A DNA stretch of 59,023 nucleotides from Candidatus Zapsychrus exili (GCA_030765585.1 JAVCCJ010000070.1:1-59023); one strand, 5' to 3'. Shown: positions 1-9,361, counted from the stretch's first letter. Numbers and translations: made by a program. Notes: generated from the letters alone by a model not told the origin.

Positions 1-128
1 TGCCCTTCTCGAATAGCATGATATTTGCGAACCTTACCTTCAACATATCCATCATAATAAATTTCATCAAATCGGGGAAGATTGATAAAAATATTCGAGT
101 TTTGAATCTCACCTTCAATTAAATTCAC
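1..128 (-). CDS. Partial hypothetical protein running off the left edge (VNLIEGEIQNSNIFINLPRFDEIYYDGYVEGKVRKYHAIREG...)
   Basis: Manually read open frame from GTG at 128 with AGGA 8 nt upstream; no stop before the window edge; family not recognised. Confidence 0.45.
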   Translation of the reverse strand, partial: MNLIEGEIQNSNIFINLPRFDEIYYDGYVEGKVRKYHAIREG

Positions 129-326
129 GACACCATTCCTTTTAATTGGGCTCTTTCTTGATTAAGTAGGATAAGAAAGAACCCGATTACAACGATTTAA
201 ACAACCTGCCAAAAACCTATTCCCCTTAAAATTTTTTATATATGCGTGAGAAATACTCAGTATATCCATACCCACTCCCATGGGTACCCCAAGCGGGTTT
301 GGGCGATAAGCGCCCTCAAAAGGGCA

Positions 327-393
327 AATTTGTGACCAAAATGTGACCACTCAAATAATAACATATATCAAAATGTATCAATTTGTGACCAAA
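327..393. repeat. TGTGACCA direct repeats x3, putative integrase arm-type sites
   Basis: TGTGACCA at 331, 342 and 384; AATTTGTGACCAAA occurs twice; about 90-150 bp beyond the tRNA-His 3' end. Confidence 0.55.
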
Positions 394-437
394 TAATAAG
401 CTTTTATGCAAGAGAGGAAAGTTATTATTTAATTAAT

Positions 438-470
438 AAAAAAGCCTGTTCTCGTCTAAGAAAACAGGCT
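438..470 (-). terminator. Intrinsic terminator after tRNA-His
   Basis: Stem AGCCTGTT (443-450)/AACAGGCT (463-470) followed by a T run on the minus strand. Confidence 0.7.
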
Positions 471-477
471 ATATTAA

Positions 478-554
478 TGGGGTGGCTAACCGGGTTCGAA
501 CCGGCGACCGCCTGCACCACAAGCAGGAGCTCTACCAACTGAGCTATAGCCACC
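478..554 (-). tRNA. tRNA-His (GTG)
   Basis: GGTGGCTATAGCTCAGTTGGTAGAGC...CCTGC-TTGTGGT-GCAGG...GGTTCGAACCC...CCA; G-1 and CCA encoded. Confidence 0.97.
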
Positions 555-635
555 ATCGTACTGCTTATCTTTTCAAATGAACAATTGCAATATTCTACCA
601 CAAAAATAATTCTTAACAACAAAAATACTACCGAC

Positions 636-1580
636 CTAGTCTACTATAATATTACCCTCAAAAGATACGTTTTTGACCTTAAAATCATACATATTTGTCT
701 TAAAAGAGAAATCTATACCAATGTCAGGGTTTTCTTGACCTTTAGGAAGCAACATCTTGCTAACAGAAAAAGTGTTGCCTTCTGGAGTGCCACCTAAATA
801 TGATAGAAACTTACCCATTTTAACATTGCCTGATACATTGACATCATCATTCTCTATAGTCATATTTGAAACTAATCCAATTTTTCCACTCGCATCTAAG
901 ACATCAACATCAGCGTATAGCTTTCTTTCAAATATATCTGTCACCCCGGAAACATTTACCCTGCTATTCGTAAAAGGAGATTCTTCTTTGACAAAAATAC
1001 CTTCAAAATAAAAAGGCACTTTAGACGAAACAATTGGAAATACAATATCCTTGAGTTTAAAATCTACTTTATCTATTCTAAACAAAACTTTTTGCTCTAC
1101 GCCTACACTAAGATATTTAATTACTCCATTTGCAACATTAAACCTTCTTACAATAACAGACGTTAAAGGCATCATTTTCTTCGTTATTTTTTTTATAGCT
1201 GAATCAACTTCTTGGCCCTGCATCTCAGAAGATTCTTTGTTCACTATCTCAGATACCCTTGTTTTCTCGTCTATAAAAATAACAGGGCTATCGACATCTA
1301 AATATGATAAAGAAGCCCGTCTCATTGCCAAAGAATGAAGATCGAACTGCATCCTCATATTTTTTACCTTTAAAACACGTCCTATCTCTACATTAACCAC
1401 TCTTAAACCAAAAGGAAATTGATATTGAATACTGCCTATTCTAACATCTTGTTTTATGGACTTATTAAGCATCACCTGTATAAGATTTTTTCCATAAAAC
1501 TTTATATAGAAAGATCCGCTAATAAACACGACAATTACAAGAATTATGATTATGATGGATATTTTTTTGAAGGATTTCAT
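636..1580 (-). CDS. AsmA/DUF748-like membrane-anchored periplasmic protein
   Basis: 314-aa ORF; N-terminal TM helix then beta-rich AsmA-like pattern (V.IGSI.Y.FP.GL.V). Confidence 0.65.
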   Translation of the reverse strand: MKSFKKISIIIIILVIVVFISGSFYIKFYGKNLIQVMLNKSIKQDVRIGSIQYQFPFGLRVVNVEIGRVLKVKNMRMQFDLHSLAMRRASLSYLDVDSPVIFIDEKTRVSEIVNKESSEMQGQEVDSAIKKITKKMMPLTSVIVRRFNVANGVIKYLSVGVEQKVLFRIDKVDFKLKDIVFPIVSSKVPFYFEGIFVKEESPFTNSRVNVSGVTDIFERKLYADVDVLDASGKIGLVSNMTIENDDVNVSGNVKMGKFLSYLGGTPEGNTFSVSKMLLPKGQENPDIGIDFSFKTNMYDFKVKNVSFEGNIIVD

Positions 1581-1615
1581 ATTAAAATATTTGGAAAGAA
1601 AATTAAGGAAAATTG

Positions 1616-1776
1616 AGGAAGGTTGTGATCGAACTACGTCCTCATCGTCATTTATTAAAAACGCGCCCAGGACGATTCCGCTTACGCGGGTCCCAACCCT
1701 CTCTAAACAAAAAAGGAAGGTTGTGATCGAACTACGTCCTCATCGTCATTTATTAAAAACGCGCCCAGGACGATTC
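1616..1776. repeat. 63-bp direct repeat (1616-1678, 1714-1776) that includes the tRNA-Arg 3' end
   Basis: AGGAAGGTTGTGATCG...CGCGCCCAGGACGATTC identical in both copies; period 98 bp. Confidence 0.9.
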
Positions 1777-1833
1777 GAACGTCCGACCCTCGCCTTAGAA
1801 GGGCGATGCTCTATCCAGCTGAGCTATAGGCGC
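1760..1833 (-). tRNA. tRNA-Arg (TCT)
   Basis: GCGCCTATAGCTCAGCTGGATAGAGC, anticodon arm TCGCC-CTTCTAA-GGCGA, GTTCGAATC T-loop; CCA not encoded. Confidence 0.96.
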
Positions 1834-1876
1834 AAAATTTATTTATTATTCTATTTGAAGCTCTTCAACTATTTAC

Positions 1877-1947
1877 GTCATTGCGAGCATTTTTGCGAAG
1901 CAATCTACAACAGATTGCCGCGTCGCTTAAAAGCTCCTCGCAATGAC
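1877..1947. repeat. Palindromic REP/RPE-like element
   Basis: Terminal IR GTCATTGCGAG/CTCGCAATGAC with inner GCAATCT/AGATTGC stem. Confidence 0.8.
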
Positions 1948-1970
1948 AATATGCTACAGGGACGTATACT

Positions 1971-2759
1971 TTACTTACTTTCTACTGTGTGCAAAGCTTC
2001 TTTTTTGTCTTCTTCTAAATCTAGCTTATAAAAATCTTCCGATTCTGGCAAAACAAGTGAAAATGCAAGCGTCTCGTCTATCTCAACCTTAATATCTTTC
2101 ATACTGCATTCAAGCAAATGTCCTCCAGCTTTTTTATCTTTTGTAATAAAGTGAAAATGATAACCTGGGACATTTACACCTTTTACAAATGCTGGGGCAC
2201 GAAATCCAATAATTGTTCCTTCTGCTTTTTCAAACTCAAATACTACCTGATCTTTTACAACTTCAATCAACTTTTTATAAGGCTTATCTTGCCTAGGAAC
2301 ACTTCTTGTTTTTATATAATCAAAAACACCTTCTATTTTAATGGCGTAAAATATATTATCAGTTGGCAAGAACTCATCAATGTATTGCTTAAGACTTGAA
2401 ATATTTGTCACATCATCTAAAAGAACAGTTTTGTCCAAATCAAAAAAAGTTACTACTGCAAAAGGTGTAATCGCCTCGTCATCTACAGGATAAGCTATAC
2501 CATCTGTTTTTATCTGATAAAACTTACCATCTACCCCTATCATTTCTCCATCTAGTGCATCAAAAGTACCTATGCCAAAATCTCCACGATTTTTTAAAGC
2601 AGCAAAAGTGATATCTCCATCATAAATTCCATCTAAAAGAGCATCTATTGTAGAATTCTGAAATATAACATCTCTATCTACCGATTGAGCTTGTGATAAG
2701 CCAATAGAGCTATTAAAAAGAAATACGACAAATATTAAGGTAAGCTTTTTTATATTCAT
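1971..2759 (-). CDS. budA: Alpha-acetolactate decarboxylase with signal peptide
   Basis: Motifs QNSTIDALLDGIYDG, GDFGIGTFDALDGEM, GYHFHFI...GGHLL; hydrophobic N-terminal leader. Confidence 0.93.
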   Translation of the reverse strand: MNIKKLTLIFVVFLFNSSIGLSQAQSVDRDVIFQNSTIDALLDGIYDGDITFAALKNRGDFGIGTFDALDGEMIGVDGKFYQIKTDGIAYPVDDEAITPFAVVTFFDLDKTVLLDDVTNISSLKQYIDEFLPTDNIFYAIKIEGVFDYIKTRSVPRQDKPYKKLIEVVKDQVVFEFEKAEGTIIGFRAPAFVKGVNVPGYHFHFITKDKKAGGHLLECSMKDIKVEIDETLAFSLVLPESEDFYKLDLEEDKKEALHTVESK

Positions 2760-2926
2760 TGGATTAAGAAATTAAATTGAACCGAAATTTTACATTAGAA
2801 GCATTTTCTCAAATAAACCAATAGAATAAATGTTTCTGCAAAATTGTTCGCTTCAACAAAAGTTTCAATAAAGAAAAGCGACGGTTGAAGTCAAATTACC
2901 TTTTCTAATGAAAAATTTGAGTTAAA

Positions 2927-3003
2927 TGGTCGGGGAGCCGGGATTCGAACCCGGGACCCCGTGCTCCCAAAGCACGTACGCTAGCCAGCTGCGCCACTCC
3001 CCG
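2927..3003 (-). tRNA. tRNA-Pro (TGG)
   Basis: CGGGGAGTGGCGCAGC, anticodon arm CGTGC-TTTGGGA-GCACG, GGTTCGAATCC, ACCA end. Confidence 0.97.
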
Positions 3004-3144
3004 AAAATTTAATATTATATCAAAAAAGCGAGTTACTATAACACACAATATTAAATTATGCAAATAATGTATTATTACTAATACTAGTTATTATTTAAAT
3101 CAAAATTTGCATTAGAATTCGATTTTTCTGTTATAATATTTGCC

Positions 3145-3702
3145 ATGAAGCCAATAAGAAAAAGAATACTGTTTATCATACTTGCATTCGTAATGCTTTT
3201 GACAATCGCTTATCTTTATATAAATAAAATTTTCCTACCTGTTAAGTTTAAAAGCATTGTCAAACAAAAGGGTTCAGAATTCCTTAATCGCCAGCTAGAT
3301 GTTGAAGAAATTACCTTTGACATAATAAAAGGAATTACAGCAAAAAATATAAGAGTATATCAAAAAGATAACAGTGGTGAAATATTTGCATCAATAGATA
3401 AGTTAACTTTTAGCTTCCTGCTTCCCCCTATCTTAAAAAGTAAAAAGATCATAATACCCTCAATCAAAGTTATAAATCCGTTTATTAATATAATTAAGAA
3501 AGACTCTGGAGAGTGGAACTTCTCTGATCTTATTAAGAACAAAAACAAATCTGAAAGTAAAAGTGCTTTTCAAATTTTAACAAGAAAAGTTGAACTAAAG
3601 AATGGACAAATCAATATAACAGACAAATCAAAAGAAGAAGCGTCCAGCGAACACATCTCTCCGGTAAACTTAGTAGCAGAGTTATCTTTACCAAAAACAT
3701 AA
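3145..3702 (+). CDS. AsmA/DUF748-like protein, N-terminal part (frameshifted into the next ORF)
   Basis: TM anchor plus G.WNFSDL AsmA motif; continues in the -1 frame at CCAAAAAC (3691-3698). Confidence 0.75.
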   Translation: MKPIRKRILFIILAFVMLLTIAYLYINKIFLPVKFKSIVKQKGSEFLNRQLDVEEITFDIIKGITAKNIRVYQKDNSGEIFASIDKLTFSFLLPPILKSKKIIIPSIKVINPFINIIKKDSGEWNFSDLIKNKNKSESKSAFQILTRKVELKNGQINITDKSKEEASSEHISPVNLVAELSLPKT

Positions 3703-3770
3703 ACTTTACCTTTGAGAGTTTTATACCTAAAAGCGGATCATCTGCAAAAATAGAAGGCTCTTATGACATT

Positions 3771-6437
3771 ATGACCAAATCTCTTTTGTCTACGACTTCT
3801 ATTGACAAACTTTATGTAAGCAAATATTTATCACTTTTAAACGTCAAACAAGCAAATGTTTTAAAAAATGGCAGCATATCTTCATCTGAAGCTCATATAT
3901 CATATAAAGATGGTCTAGTTAGTATGACAGGCGATCTTTCGTTAAATGAAATAGATATTAACGCTAATGAGAAACAAAAATTCAAGGGAAACGCAAAAGG
4001 ATCTAATCTCTCTCTTACTCTTTTAAACAAAGAACTAAATTTATCTGGAAACGTATCTTTAATATCTGAAGAAACATTTATCTTCCCTCATACTTATATT
4101 AAAGGAGAGTTATCTCTTAATATTGATAATTTATACATACAACAAAACAATGGTTTATTTAAAGGAAGCATAGCGCTTAAAAACGAGTCTCCAGGCTATC
4201 TTATAAAAATAAGCGACAAGCAAGAAGTTTTAGGGAATATAAACATAGATGATGCCTCTATTGCCTGGGGTGACAAAGGGATAAATATTAATGGCAAAAT
4301 ATCGACTAATCCAACAACTATCAATATCTCCCCTGACATAAAGATAAGTGGAAACATTACCTCTACAATCAATTCATTAACTTTTGCTCGCGACAAAAGC
4401 ATTTCTCTTCAAGGCAATATAAATATCGATCAGGCCAATATAAAAAATGGCGACAAACAAAACATATCCTCTAACATAGCACTCGACAATGCATCTGTAT
4501 CTGTAAAGGGTTCTGATGTACAACTTCATGGAAAATTTAATTTAAATAATACGAGCATAAGTCTTCAAGATAATAAAACAATAAAAGGAAACATCTCTAC
4601 AGTAAACACTAATATAAATTTTAAAAACAAAAAGCTAGATATACAAAGCGATCTAAAGATTAATAATACTGATATTTCGTTAGGAGAGAATAAAAGCATA
4701 AAAGGAAATGTGATATCAGAAAACACAACCCTCTCTTATGAAAACAAAAAGATACTTTTAAGGACATTATCTGCTTTTACTGAAACAGAAGTGCAATTTG
4801 ATGGTATTAATTTTAATGGCAGCCCTAATGTTGAATTCTCTGTCGCAATTGATCCTGGCCAAGAAACTAAATATTCCGGAAAGGTTGAACTAGCAGAGGC
4901 TTCTGTATCTGGTGTGCCAAAAGTTGGAGCGATAAATAATATAAAAGGAAACGTCTTATTAAACGAGAATAAAGTAGAAACCGAACTTATTGAATTTAAT
5001 ACAAATGATGTCGACGTCAAACTATCAGGCAACCTAGAAAACTTTTTAAATCCAGTTATCGACATAACAGCTTCATCAGATGAAGTCCTTTTAGAAAATA
5101 TATCTAAATTTATACCTGCCGCAAAGAACAAGGCTAAGATAAAAGCATCTGGCAAGGCATCTGTTACGGCAAGCTATAAAGGCTCTATCAAATCTACTGC
5201 AGACTCTCTAATTGATGCAACAGCAAAATTAGAAGGAGTCAAACTATCGACCCCTAAACTTGCAGAAGACATAACTAATGTGTCTGGAGAAATTAGATAT
5301 AAAAATGATTTAATAACCTGGAGTGGGCTTACAGGAACATTTAAAAATAAAGACTATAAGATAAGCGGTCAGTTGACAGACATTTCTCGACCTACGATAG
5401 CATCAAGAATATCATCTGAAGACCTTACGGTATCAACTCAGATAAAAATTCTTAGAAAAGCATTTCAAATACTCTTACTTAAAGGAAATTATTTAAATTC
5501 CTCTTTTGATCTCTTAGGAGACGTACACTTAACAGAAAATATGGGTCCTGATTTAGATATTAAAGGCACGCTTTCCATTAATCTAGAAGATTTAAATGCA
5601 ATACCAAATGAATTAGTTAAGAGCAAGCTAGCTAAACTAAAACCTCGCGGCATAATTTCTTTCGACGGCCTATTTAAAGGAAAAACAAAAGATTGGCGCA
5701 ATTGGGATGTGACGTTCAAGGCTCAATCTCCAAAACTATCACTGCTAAATTATTTTATCAATAATGTCTCTATTGCATTTTCGCAAAGAGATCAGACTGT
5801 AACCAATTTTGATATTTTATCTAACATATATAGTGGAGACTTAAACATCTCTTCTTCTGCAGACCTTAGAGATATTGATATACCAATAAAATTGGCTGCT
5901 GATATTAAAGGTTTGCAATTAAAACAACTTCTTAAGAGCGCTAACATAAAAAGAAACATGTCAGGTAATGTTGCTTTATCTCTTAATCTAAGAGGTCCAG
6001 TAAAAAATTATGACAAGATAAAAGACTCTGGTAGCTTTGCAATATCAGAAGGATATCTTGGTCGACTTATTCCAGCATTTAAAAATGCTGACTTTAGAAA
6101 CGCAAGGGCTGACTTCCTTGTTAGAAATCAGAAAGTCTTTACGGAAAATGCGCAAATAATAAGCGATACCGTTAAAGTAAGGGCTGAAGGTTGGGTAGAT
6201 ATAAAACAAAATATTGATTTTAATCTTATACCTTCTTTTTCTGAAACTCCTGTCTTAAACACTGAGGCTCTTAAGATTGATCCATCATCAATTCTTAGTC
6301 GTGCATTAAATATCAAAGTAACTGGAAAATTGACTAAACCTAGATTCCAAGTAGAAACCTCGCCTGTTAAGATATTAGAAAATACAACTGAAATTATAAG
6401 AGATGGAATAGGAAGTCTGCTGGAAGGGCTTTTTTAA
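3771..6437 (+). CDS. AsmA-like/YhdP-type beta-groove protein, C-terminal part
   Basis: 888-aa beta-rich ORF ending in an AsmA_2-like motif (IKVTGKLTKP); frame open back to 3693; no RBS at 3771. Confidence 0.75.
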   Translation: MTKSLLSTTSIDKLYVSKYLSLLNVKQANVLKNGSISSSEAHISYKDGLVSMTGDLSLNEIDINANEKQKFKGNAKGSNLSLTLLNKELNLSGNVSLISEETFIFPHTYIKGELSLNIDNLYIQQNNGLFKGSIALKNESPGYLIKISDKQEVLGNINIDDASIAWGDKGININGKISTNPTTINISPDIKISGNITSTINSLTFARDKSISLQGNINIDQANIKNGDKQNISSNIALDNASVSVKGSDVQLHGKFNLNNTSISLQDNKTIKGNISTVNTNINFKNKKLDIQSDLKINNTDISLGENKSIKGNVISENTTLSYENKKILLRTLSAFTETEVQFDGINFNGSPNVEFSVAIDPGQETKYSGKVELAEASVSGVPKVGAINNIKGNVLLNENKVETELIEFNTNDVDVKLSGNLENFLNPVIDITASSDEVLLENISKFIPAAKNKAKIKASGKASVTASYKGSIKSTADSLIDATAKLEGVKLSTPKLAEDITNVSGEIRYKNDLITWSGLTGTFKNKDYKISGQLTDISRPTIASRISSEDLTVSTQIKILRKAFQILLLKGNYLNSSFDLLGDVHLTENMGPDLDIKGTLSINLEDLNAIPNELVKSKLAKLKPRGIISFDGLFKGKTKDWRNWDVTFKAQSPKLSLLNYFINNVSIAFSQRDQTVTNFDILSNIYSGDLNISSSADLRDIDIPIKLAADIKGLQLKQLLKSANIKRNMSGNVALSLNLRGPVKNYDKIKDSGSFAISEGYLGRLIPAFKNADFRNARADFLVRNQKVFTENAQIISDTVKVRAEGWVDIKQNIDFNLIPSFSETPVLNTEALKIDPSSILSRALNIKVTGKLTKPRFQVETSPVKILENTTEIIRDGIGSLLEGLF

Positions 6438-6438
6438 T

Positions 6439-6478
6439 TTAGGGTCAGACCCTCTGATCTTAGAGGGTCTGACCCTAA
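6439..6478. repeat. Perfect 17-bp hairpin of the GGGTC(A/T)GACCC REP type; possible terminator between convergent genes
   Basis: TTAGGGTCAGACCCTCT-GATCTT-AGAGGGTCTGACCCTAA. Confidence 0.8.
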
Positions 6479-6537
6479 GCACTACAATATTATTCTAACT
6501 ATCATCCCGGACTTGATCCGGGATCCATTATTAGATC

Positions 6538-6762
6538 AGATCCCTGCCTTCGCAGGGATAAATTAAACTCTGTCATTCCAGTTTTTTGCAAAGCAAAAAT
6601 ACCGGAATCTCCTCAACTATTCACTTAATACTAACTAGATCCCTGCCTTCGCAGGGATAAATTAAACTCTGTCATTCCAGTTTTTTGCAAAGCAAAAATA
6701 CCGGAATCTCCTCAACTATTCACTTAATACTAACTAGATCCCTGCCTTCGCAGGGATAAATT
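6538..6762. repeat. 99-bp tandem repeat (about 2.3 copies) built from palindromic GTCATTCC/ATCCC-GGGAT units
   Basis: AGATCCCTGCCTTCGCAGGGATAAATT at 6538, 6637 and 6736 with identical intervening sequence. Confidence 0.9.
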
Positions 6763-6811
6763 CGGACTTCATTTTACGCTCCTTTTAGTCTCGTAAAATA
6801 TGTCCTCATTT
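6736..6811 (-). repeat. Two-hairpin dispersed element, copy 1
   Basis: Minus strand AAATGAGGAC...GTCCGAATTTATCCC...GGGATCT beginning in the rdgB stop codon. Confidence 0.75.
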
Positions 6812-7406
6812 ACTTTAAATAACTTTCAATAATCTTTTTTGTCTTCTTAAGCGCTCTAGCGCGATGAGAAATCTTTGCTTTAATGGAAGGATCAAGCTCT
6901 CCGAAAGTCTTATCATATTTAGGCAAGAAAAATAAAGGATCGTACCCAAACCCATTCTTACCAACTGATTTCTTAGCAATTAATCCACTACAGCTGCCGC
7001 TCGCCACATCAACTATTCTTTTAGCATCAACTATTGCCACAAAACATCTATAACGCGCTTCTCGTCTAGCTAAAGAAACTCCACGAAGCTCACGAAGCAA
7101 TTTTAGATTATTCTTTTTATCTGTAGCATTTTCACCAGAATATCTTGCCGAATAAATCCCAGGACGATTACCAAGCGCCTTTATTTGTATCCCAGAGTCT
7201 TCGCCTAAAGTAAGCTTTTTTGTATACATCGCAATTGTAACTGCTTTCTTTAAAGCGTTTTGAGCAAATGTTTTTCCATCCTCTATTATCTCTGGCGCAT
7301 CTGGATAATCACTTAAAGAGGTTATCTTTAAATCAAAATCAGCCAACAACTCTTTTATCTCTCTTAGCTTTCCTTTATTTTTTGTAGCTACAACAAGTTC
7401 TTTCAT
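6810..7406 (-). CDS. rdgB: dITP/XTP pyrophosphatase (Ham1 family)
   Basis: ATKNKGK, EDSG, PGIYSARY, GFGYDPLF, SHRARA motifs; start moved to MKELVVAT at 7406. Confidence 0.95.
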   Translation of the reverse strand: MKELVVATKNKGKLREIKELLADFDLKITSLSDYPDAPEIIEDGKTFAQNALKKAVTIAMYTKKLTLGEDSGIQIKALGNRPGIYSARYSGENATDKKNNLKLLRELRGVSLARREARYRCFVAIVDAKRIVDVASGSCSGLIAKKSVGKNGFGYDPLFFLPKYDKTFGELDPSIKAKISHRARALKKTKKIIESYLK

Positions 7407-7527
7407 AATAAACACAAGGTTTAAGGTGCAAGGTTTAAATAAAAGCAATAAACAGCGAAAAAACAATCAAAATATTACCAACTTATTGTATCCCTTTGTC
7501 CTTTATCCTTTATCCTCTATCCTTTCT

Positions 7528-8244
7528 TTAAAATTTTAATTGCCCTAAAACCTTTTTCTGAATCACAATCAGCTCAGAAATACCTTTTTTGGCTATATCA
7601 ACTAAATCATTCATTTGTTTTTTAGAAAAAGGTGCACCCTCTGCTGTACCTTGAATTTCCACAAACTTTCCGTTTCCTAACATTACAATATTCATATCCA
7701 TATCTGCGGTAGAATCTTCTTCATAATTTAAATCAAGAAGCAAATCGTTTCCCGAGGTGCCAACGCTTATTGCTGCCACGTAATTATTTAATGGGATTAC
7801 ATCCAATACACTTTTTTTCTTAAGATCCTTTAGAGCAAGTGCAAGAGCAATAAAACCTCCTGTTACCGAGGCTGTGCGTGTTCCTCCATCAGCCTGAATA
7901 ACATCGCAATCTATCTTTATAGTTCTTTCACCTAGCTGCTCAGTATTAACAACATTCCTTAAAGACCTTCCAATTAATCTTTGTATCTCTTGAGATCTGC
8001 CTGAAACATTATTTCTTCTTATTCTAGAATTACATGACCCTGGAAGCATTCCATATTCTGCTGTAACCCAGCCCTTGCCTGCATTTCTTAAAAATGGTGG
8101 GACACTTTCTTCAACAGTTGCCGTACAAATTACTCTTGTCTCTCCAAACTCTATTAAACAAGAACCTGCAGGATGTTTTATATAATTCTTTGTAACTTTA
8201 ATTTTTCTTAACTCATTATTCTTTCTTCCATCTATACGTTTCAT
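7528..8244 (-). CDS. rph: Ribonuclease PH
   Basis: GWVTAEYGMLP, EIQRLIGRSLR, DCDVIQADGGTRTAS. Confidence 0.97.
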   Translation of the reverse strand: MKRIDGRKNNELRKIKVTKNYIKHPAGSCLIEFGETRVICTATVEESVPPFLRNAGKGWVTAEYGMLPGSCNSRIRRNNVSGRSQEIQRLIGRSLRNVVNTEQLGERTIKIDCDVIQADGGTRTASVTGGFIALALALKDLKKKSVLDVIPLNNYVAAISVGTSGNDLLLDLNYEEDSTADMDMNIVMLGNGKFVEIQGTAEGAPFSKKQMNDLVDIAKKGISELIVIQKKVLGQLKF

Positions 8245-8260
8245 TTTTACCCTTTCTATT

Positions 8261-8668
8261 TTATATTACATCCTCAGAATCATATTCTGCAAAAACCGTT
8301 GTCTGAATACCGCCTCGTGAGCTAACAACCCCTTCTACATTAACCCATTTTGGTTTACAAGCTTTTACAATGTCATCTAGAATTCTATTTACAAGATGCT
8401 CATGAAATATTCCAACATTACGAAAAGCCACAATATAAAGCTTAAACGACTTAAGCTCTAGGCATGTTTCGTTTGGAGAATATTCAACATTTATAGTTAT
8501 AAAATCTGGCAACCCTGTCTTAGGACAGATACAAGTACATTCTGGAACGCTCAAGCTTATTATATACTCTCTGTCTTCATACTTATTGTCCCAAACTTCT
8601 ATCGAGGGTGTTTTTAGTTTACGAATATTATTTTGTAAATCTTCGTAAGTTGATTTTTTCTTTTTCAT
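8261..8668 (-). CDS. queF: PreQ0 reductase QueF (type I)
   Basis: CPKTGLPDF, ELKSFKLY, FHEH, RGGI motifs. Confidence 0.93.
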   Translation of the reverse strand: MKKKKSTYEDLQNNIRKLKTPSIEVWDNKYEDREYIISLSVPECTCICPKTGLPDFITINVEYSPNETCLELKSFKLYIVAFRNVGIFHEHLVNRILDDIVKACKPKWVNVEGVVSSRGGIQTTVFAEYDSEDVI

Positions 8669-8677
8669 ATCTTTCTC

Positions 8678-9361
8678 CTATCGTAATCCAAGTATTTTAT
8701 GCATTTGAGGAATAATTCTAACATCATTTAAACTTTTAATACAATAATCTTTAAATTCTACACACTTATCTATAGCGCCATCTTTCATTTGAAAATAATT
8801 GGGTTGTAGAATAAAAGTCAACCCAGAATCAACTTTCTTTATTATATCAACTGACTTTTCTATGTCTTCAATACTCGTCTCTTTTGATATAACTGCTTTT
8901 ATAAAGACTTGTTTTCTCGAGGCTATTTTTAAGAATTCTTTATGCTCGGACCAAAAATCTTTTGTCTTAGCTGAGCTAGGTAATTTAAAATCCATTGAGA
9001 TAATATCTAAATTATCAATTACACCTTGGAGCTCTTCACAAAGCGTACCGTTCGTCTCTAAATAAGACTTCATTTTAGCTAGCTTCATTTCAGCCAATAA
9101 GTCGCTTAAGAAATCTTTACAAAGCAATGGCTCTCCTCCGGTCAAGCTTACCGAGTGACAACCGTGCACTAAATTACTTATCTCTTTAAACGCTTCATTT
9201 GTTGAATATTCTTTTATATTTTCTTTAGATCCGCCCTTAGTGTCGCACCAAACACAATCAATATTACACGCATCAAATCTCACAAATACCTGCGTCACCC
9301 CTACATACTTGCCTTCGCCTTGAACTGATTTAAATATTTCGCTTATCTTTGCGTTTCTCAT
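8678..9361 (-). CDS. queE: 7-carboxy-7-deazaguanine synthase (radical SAM)
   Basis: EIFKSVQGEG, CxxxCxxCDT, TGGEP, ETNG, PQMHK. Confidence 0.94.
   Translation of the reverse strand: MRNAKISEIFKSVQGEGKYVGVTQVFVRFDACNIDCVWCDTKGGSKENIKEYSTNEAFKEISNLVHGCHSVSLTGGEPLLCKDFLSDLLAEMKLAKMKSYLETNGTLCEELQGVIDNLDIISMDFKLPSSAKTKDFWSEHKEFLKIASRKQVFIKAVISKETSIEDIEKSVDIIKKVDSGLTFILQPNYFQMKDGAIDKCVEFKDYCIKSLNDVRIIPQMHKILGLR

Noticed and set aside
162-797. Short ORFs 162-350, 425-622 and 585-797
   Set aside because: They overlap tRNA-His, repeats or a real gene; no RBS or recognisable motif.
1546-2031. 161-aa plus-strand ORF
   Set aside because: Lies antisense across tRNA-Arg and repeats; a shadow ORF.
6538-6762. 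Possible CRISPR array (27-bp palindromic repeat x3)
   Set aside because: The 72-bp spacers are identical and no cas genes are present; it is a tandem duplication.
6736-6811. Hammerhead ribozyme resemblance (ATGAG...CGAA) in the two-hairpin family
   Set aside because: The required CUGANGA and GAAA core sequences are absent in all four copies.
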